Assembly: GCA_043228905.1 (NCBI GenBank)
Contig: JBHGNT010000048.1
Coordinates: 62,001 to 126,000 of the forward strand
Direction of reading: 5' to 3'
DNA length: 64,000 nucleotides
From: Azolla caroliniana
Taxonomy: Eukaryota; Plantae; Polypodiophyta
The notes beneath the pieces are model-generated. The model was not told the DNA's origin and ran no database searches. It saw only the letters and a program-made list of their open reading frames with translations. This document shows positions 61,852 through 64,000 of this stretch, one piece after another. Position 1 is the stretch's first letter, and every line of letters begins with the position of its first letter. The position numbers and the translations under genes are program-made.

Positions 61852-62129
61852 TGTTGAGAGTCAAACCCAACTTCCCTAATGTAGCTTCACACTAGCAATG
61901 GACACTTTAGGTTCATGCTAGTTTTGTAAATAGTAGAAAGGGCAGTTGCCCTAGGTTAGTTGGTATTTTAACCAACTCTTTTGTAACCAAGTTACTGTTG
62001 GATGTATATTTTATATTTTCTAATCTAGCTTCTTGTTCTCTGTCTCTTTAAGCTCTCTCTCTTTCTTTCTTTGTCTTGCACATAGGCACATAGGCACAGG
62101 TTTCTTCCGTTGCACACTATTTCTTTACA
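61852..62129 (+). mobile_element. Ty1/Copia solo LTR with perfect 5-bp TSD
   Basis: TG...CA termini flanked by TAATA (61847-61851 and 62130-62134); homologous to 62207-62507. Confidence 0.88.
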
Positions 62130-62206
62130 TAATACTTAATTTTGAAGGTGTTGATGTTGTGATGTAGCATGTGCGAAGGGAGAATAACACAAACACACAT
62201 ACTCAC

Positions 62207-62413
62207 TATTGAGAGTCAAATCCAACTTCCCTAATGTAGTGGCTTTCACACTAACAATGGACATACTAGGTCCAGACTAGTTTTGTAAACAATAGAAAGG
62301 GTCTAGTTGCTATTTAAACCAACTCTTTTGTAACCAAGTTACTATTAGATGTATATTTCATATTTTCTAATATAGCTTATTGTTCTCTATCTCTCTCTGT
62401 TTGTCTTGCACGC

Positions 62414-62461
<48 letters not shown>

Positions 62462-62519
62462 TTTTCTTCCGTTGTGCAAGAATACCTACACTCTCCGTTT
62501 CTTTTCATGGTATCAGAGT
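62207..62519 (+). mobile_element. Copia-type 5' LTR followed by tRNA-iMet PBS
   Basis: homologous to the solo LTR; ends CA then TGGTATCAGAG (62508-62518). Confidence 0.88.
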
Positions 62520-62579
62520 GTGTGGTAGTCTAATTCGCGTAGCTGTGTTGTATTGCTCGCTGACAATCAAACGTGACAA

Positions 62580-63445
62580 CCAACTCAACAATAGAGAAGA
62601 AAAACGACACCATGAACACTCATATGGGAAGCACTCTTCCTACCGAGTGCACTTTTCGCAGGGGGTAACATCGTGCACTCCTAATGTTGTCCAACGATTC
62701 ATCAGATAGACGGGCATATCCGCTGCTTCAGCCCAGTATGATTTTGGTAGATGTTTCTTGATGTTCATAATTGCCCTTGCCACCTCGAGTATGTGCCGAT
62801 TCTTGCGTTCAGTTGTAACTCCGTTCTGTTGAGGTGTGTGTCGGCAGGTAAACTCTCACCGAATTCCTTCTTGTCGAAGGTATGCGGAAAAGGCGTCGGA
62901 GAAGTACTCTTTGTCGTCGTCTGATCGAAGGCATCGTACATGACGATTGGTTGCCTTTTCGACTTCGTTCTTGAATTTCTGGAAGTGCGAGAACACTTCA
63001 TTTTTCTGGCACATTGGATAAATTTTGGTATGTCTGGAGAAGTCGTCAATGAACGTTGCTATTTGCCTAATTGACAAGCTTCGCACACGCCTACAATTTC
63101 CTTTTCGGTAGAAGTTGAGAGTCCGATGACGATTCCTTTCGACTACATTCCCTTGAGCTTTTGGAGGTTGATGTGGCCTCGGGCCCTTGGCATACATTGC
63201 CGATTTCATCTCGTGAGAGTCGAGGATGAACATCCGACCTTCTCTCCGACCGCAAGTGATAAGTCGACCTTCTTTTTCAATGAAGGATCCTCCATCGTTG
63301 TAACGGACTTGCATGCCTTGTTCAACTATCTAGCCAACTGGGACCAAGTTCTTCATTATTGTAGGAACATGCAAAACATTTTTTATGTAGGTTTGGTTGC
63401 CTTTTTCCCCAAATGGGACATTGCCGACATGCTGAATGGGGTGAA
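62580..63445 (-). mobile_element. Ty1/Copia protease-end / GAG-pre / integrase fragment, internally deleted
   Basis: VLHVP...KNL, FIDDFSR, LRSD..KEY, TPQQNG, ERKNRHI.E.AR, WAEA motifs. Confidence 0.9.
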
Positions 63446-63848
63446 TTGTGGAAACTGGGAGTATAGATAAAAGATAGAGACAATGTATGATTTAAGAAGC
63501 AAGCATATATGATATGAACATGATTTATATTAAGAAAACAAGATTTTACCAACTTTACAATGCTTGATAGCAAAATGAAACCTTTCTCTACCAACTCTTG
63601 ATTTGAACCCTCAACTTCAACACCGAGAGACAAGACACTTCCCCAAATGAGCTAGCTTCTTTGCTTGGGAAATCTCTCATGCATATGATGATATGGGGGG
63701 TGCATGTAATGCATGTGATGCATGATTGCCATTTGGCCACATGTGTTACATGTGATGCATGATAGCCATCGTGCTCATCTAAGCTCTAATGTATGAAGAT
63801 ACACATGTCACAAGTATGATGATAAAAATATAATTGTAGAAGATAACT

Positions 63849-63907
63849 TATCTTAACGGTATATACTTTGCCCTTGGTGTGTGAGGTTATGGGTTCAAGT
63901 CTCTCAA
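63849..63907 (+). other. degenerate tRNA-like/SINE head
   Basis: TATCTTAACGGT...GCCCTTGG..GAGGTTATGGGTTCAAGTC, resembling 26168-26230 and the LTR U3 box. Confidence 0.35.
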
Positions 63908-64000
63908 ATGTTACTTAATACAATATTTGAAGTTTATTTTTATATCGTGAAGCAAATCCTTCACGACACCGGGTCGTTAAGACTTTCGTAGCTCCTTGAA

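Overview
Eukaryotic land-plant nuclear DNA. It is most likely a non-seed plant such as a fern, inferred from very long intronless PLS-class PPR genes without DYW, a Tcn1-like chromovirus and RTEX-type LINEs. Six host genes can be read: a FIP2/KCTD9-like BTB-pentapeptide gene (11 exons, minus), two PLS-class PPR genes (plus), an ERI2-like DEDDh exonuclease with a GRF zinc finger (plus), a SNF2+HNH ZRANB3/CHR14-like translocase (minus), and an unrecognised ~420-aa two-exon gene with duplicated perfect heat-shock elements upstream. The retroelement content is the most unusual part. (1) A full-length but decayed Ty3/Gypsy chromovirus (1525-7279) lacks a tRNA PBS. It shows a self-priming-type complementarity, a phased heat-shock element next to its TATA box, and a tRNA-type A/B-box pair in U3. 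(2) Three RTEX-like LINE families share a covarying 3' stem-loop, stack into each other's tails, and start just downstream of two decayed tRNA genes (Tyr, Val). (3) A tRNA-derived SINE shares its 3' end with one of those LINEs. Also present are L1 and Copia fragments, a solo LTR with a perfect TSD, a MITE-like hairpin, telomere-like minisatellites and many local tandem duplications. All calls were made by eye; no database searches were run.
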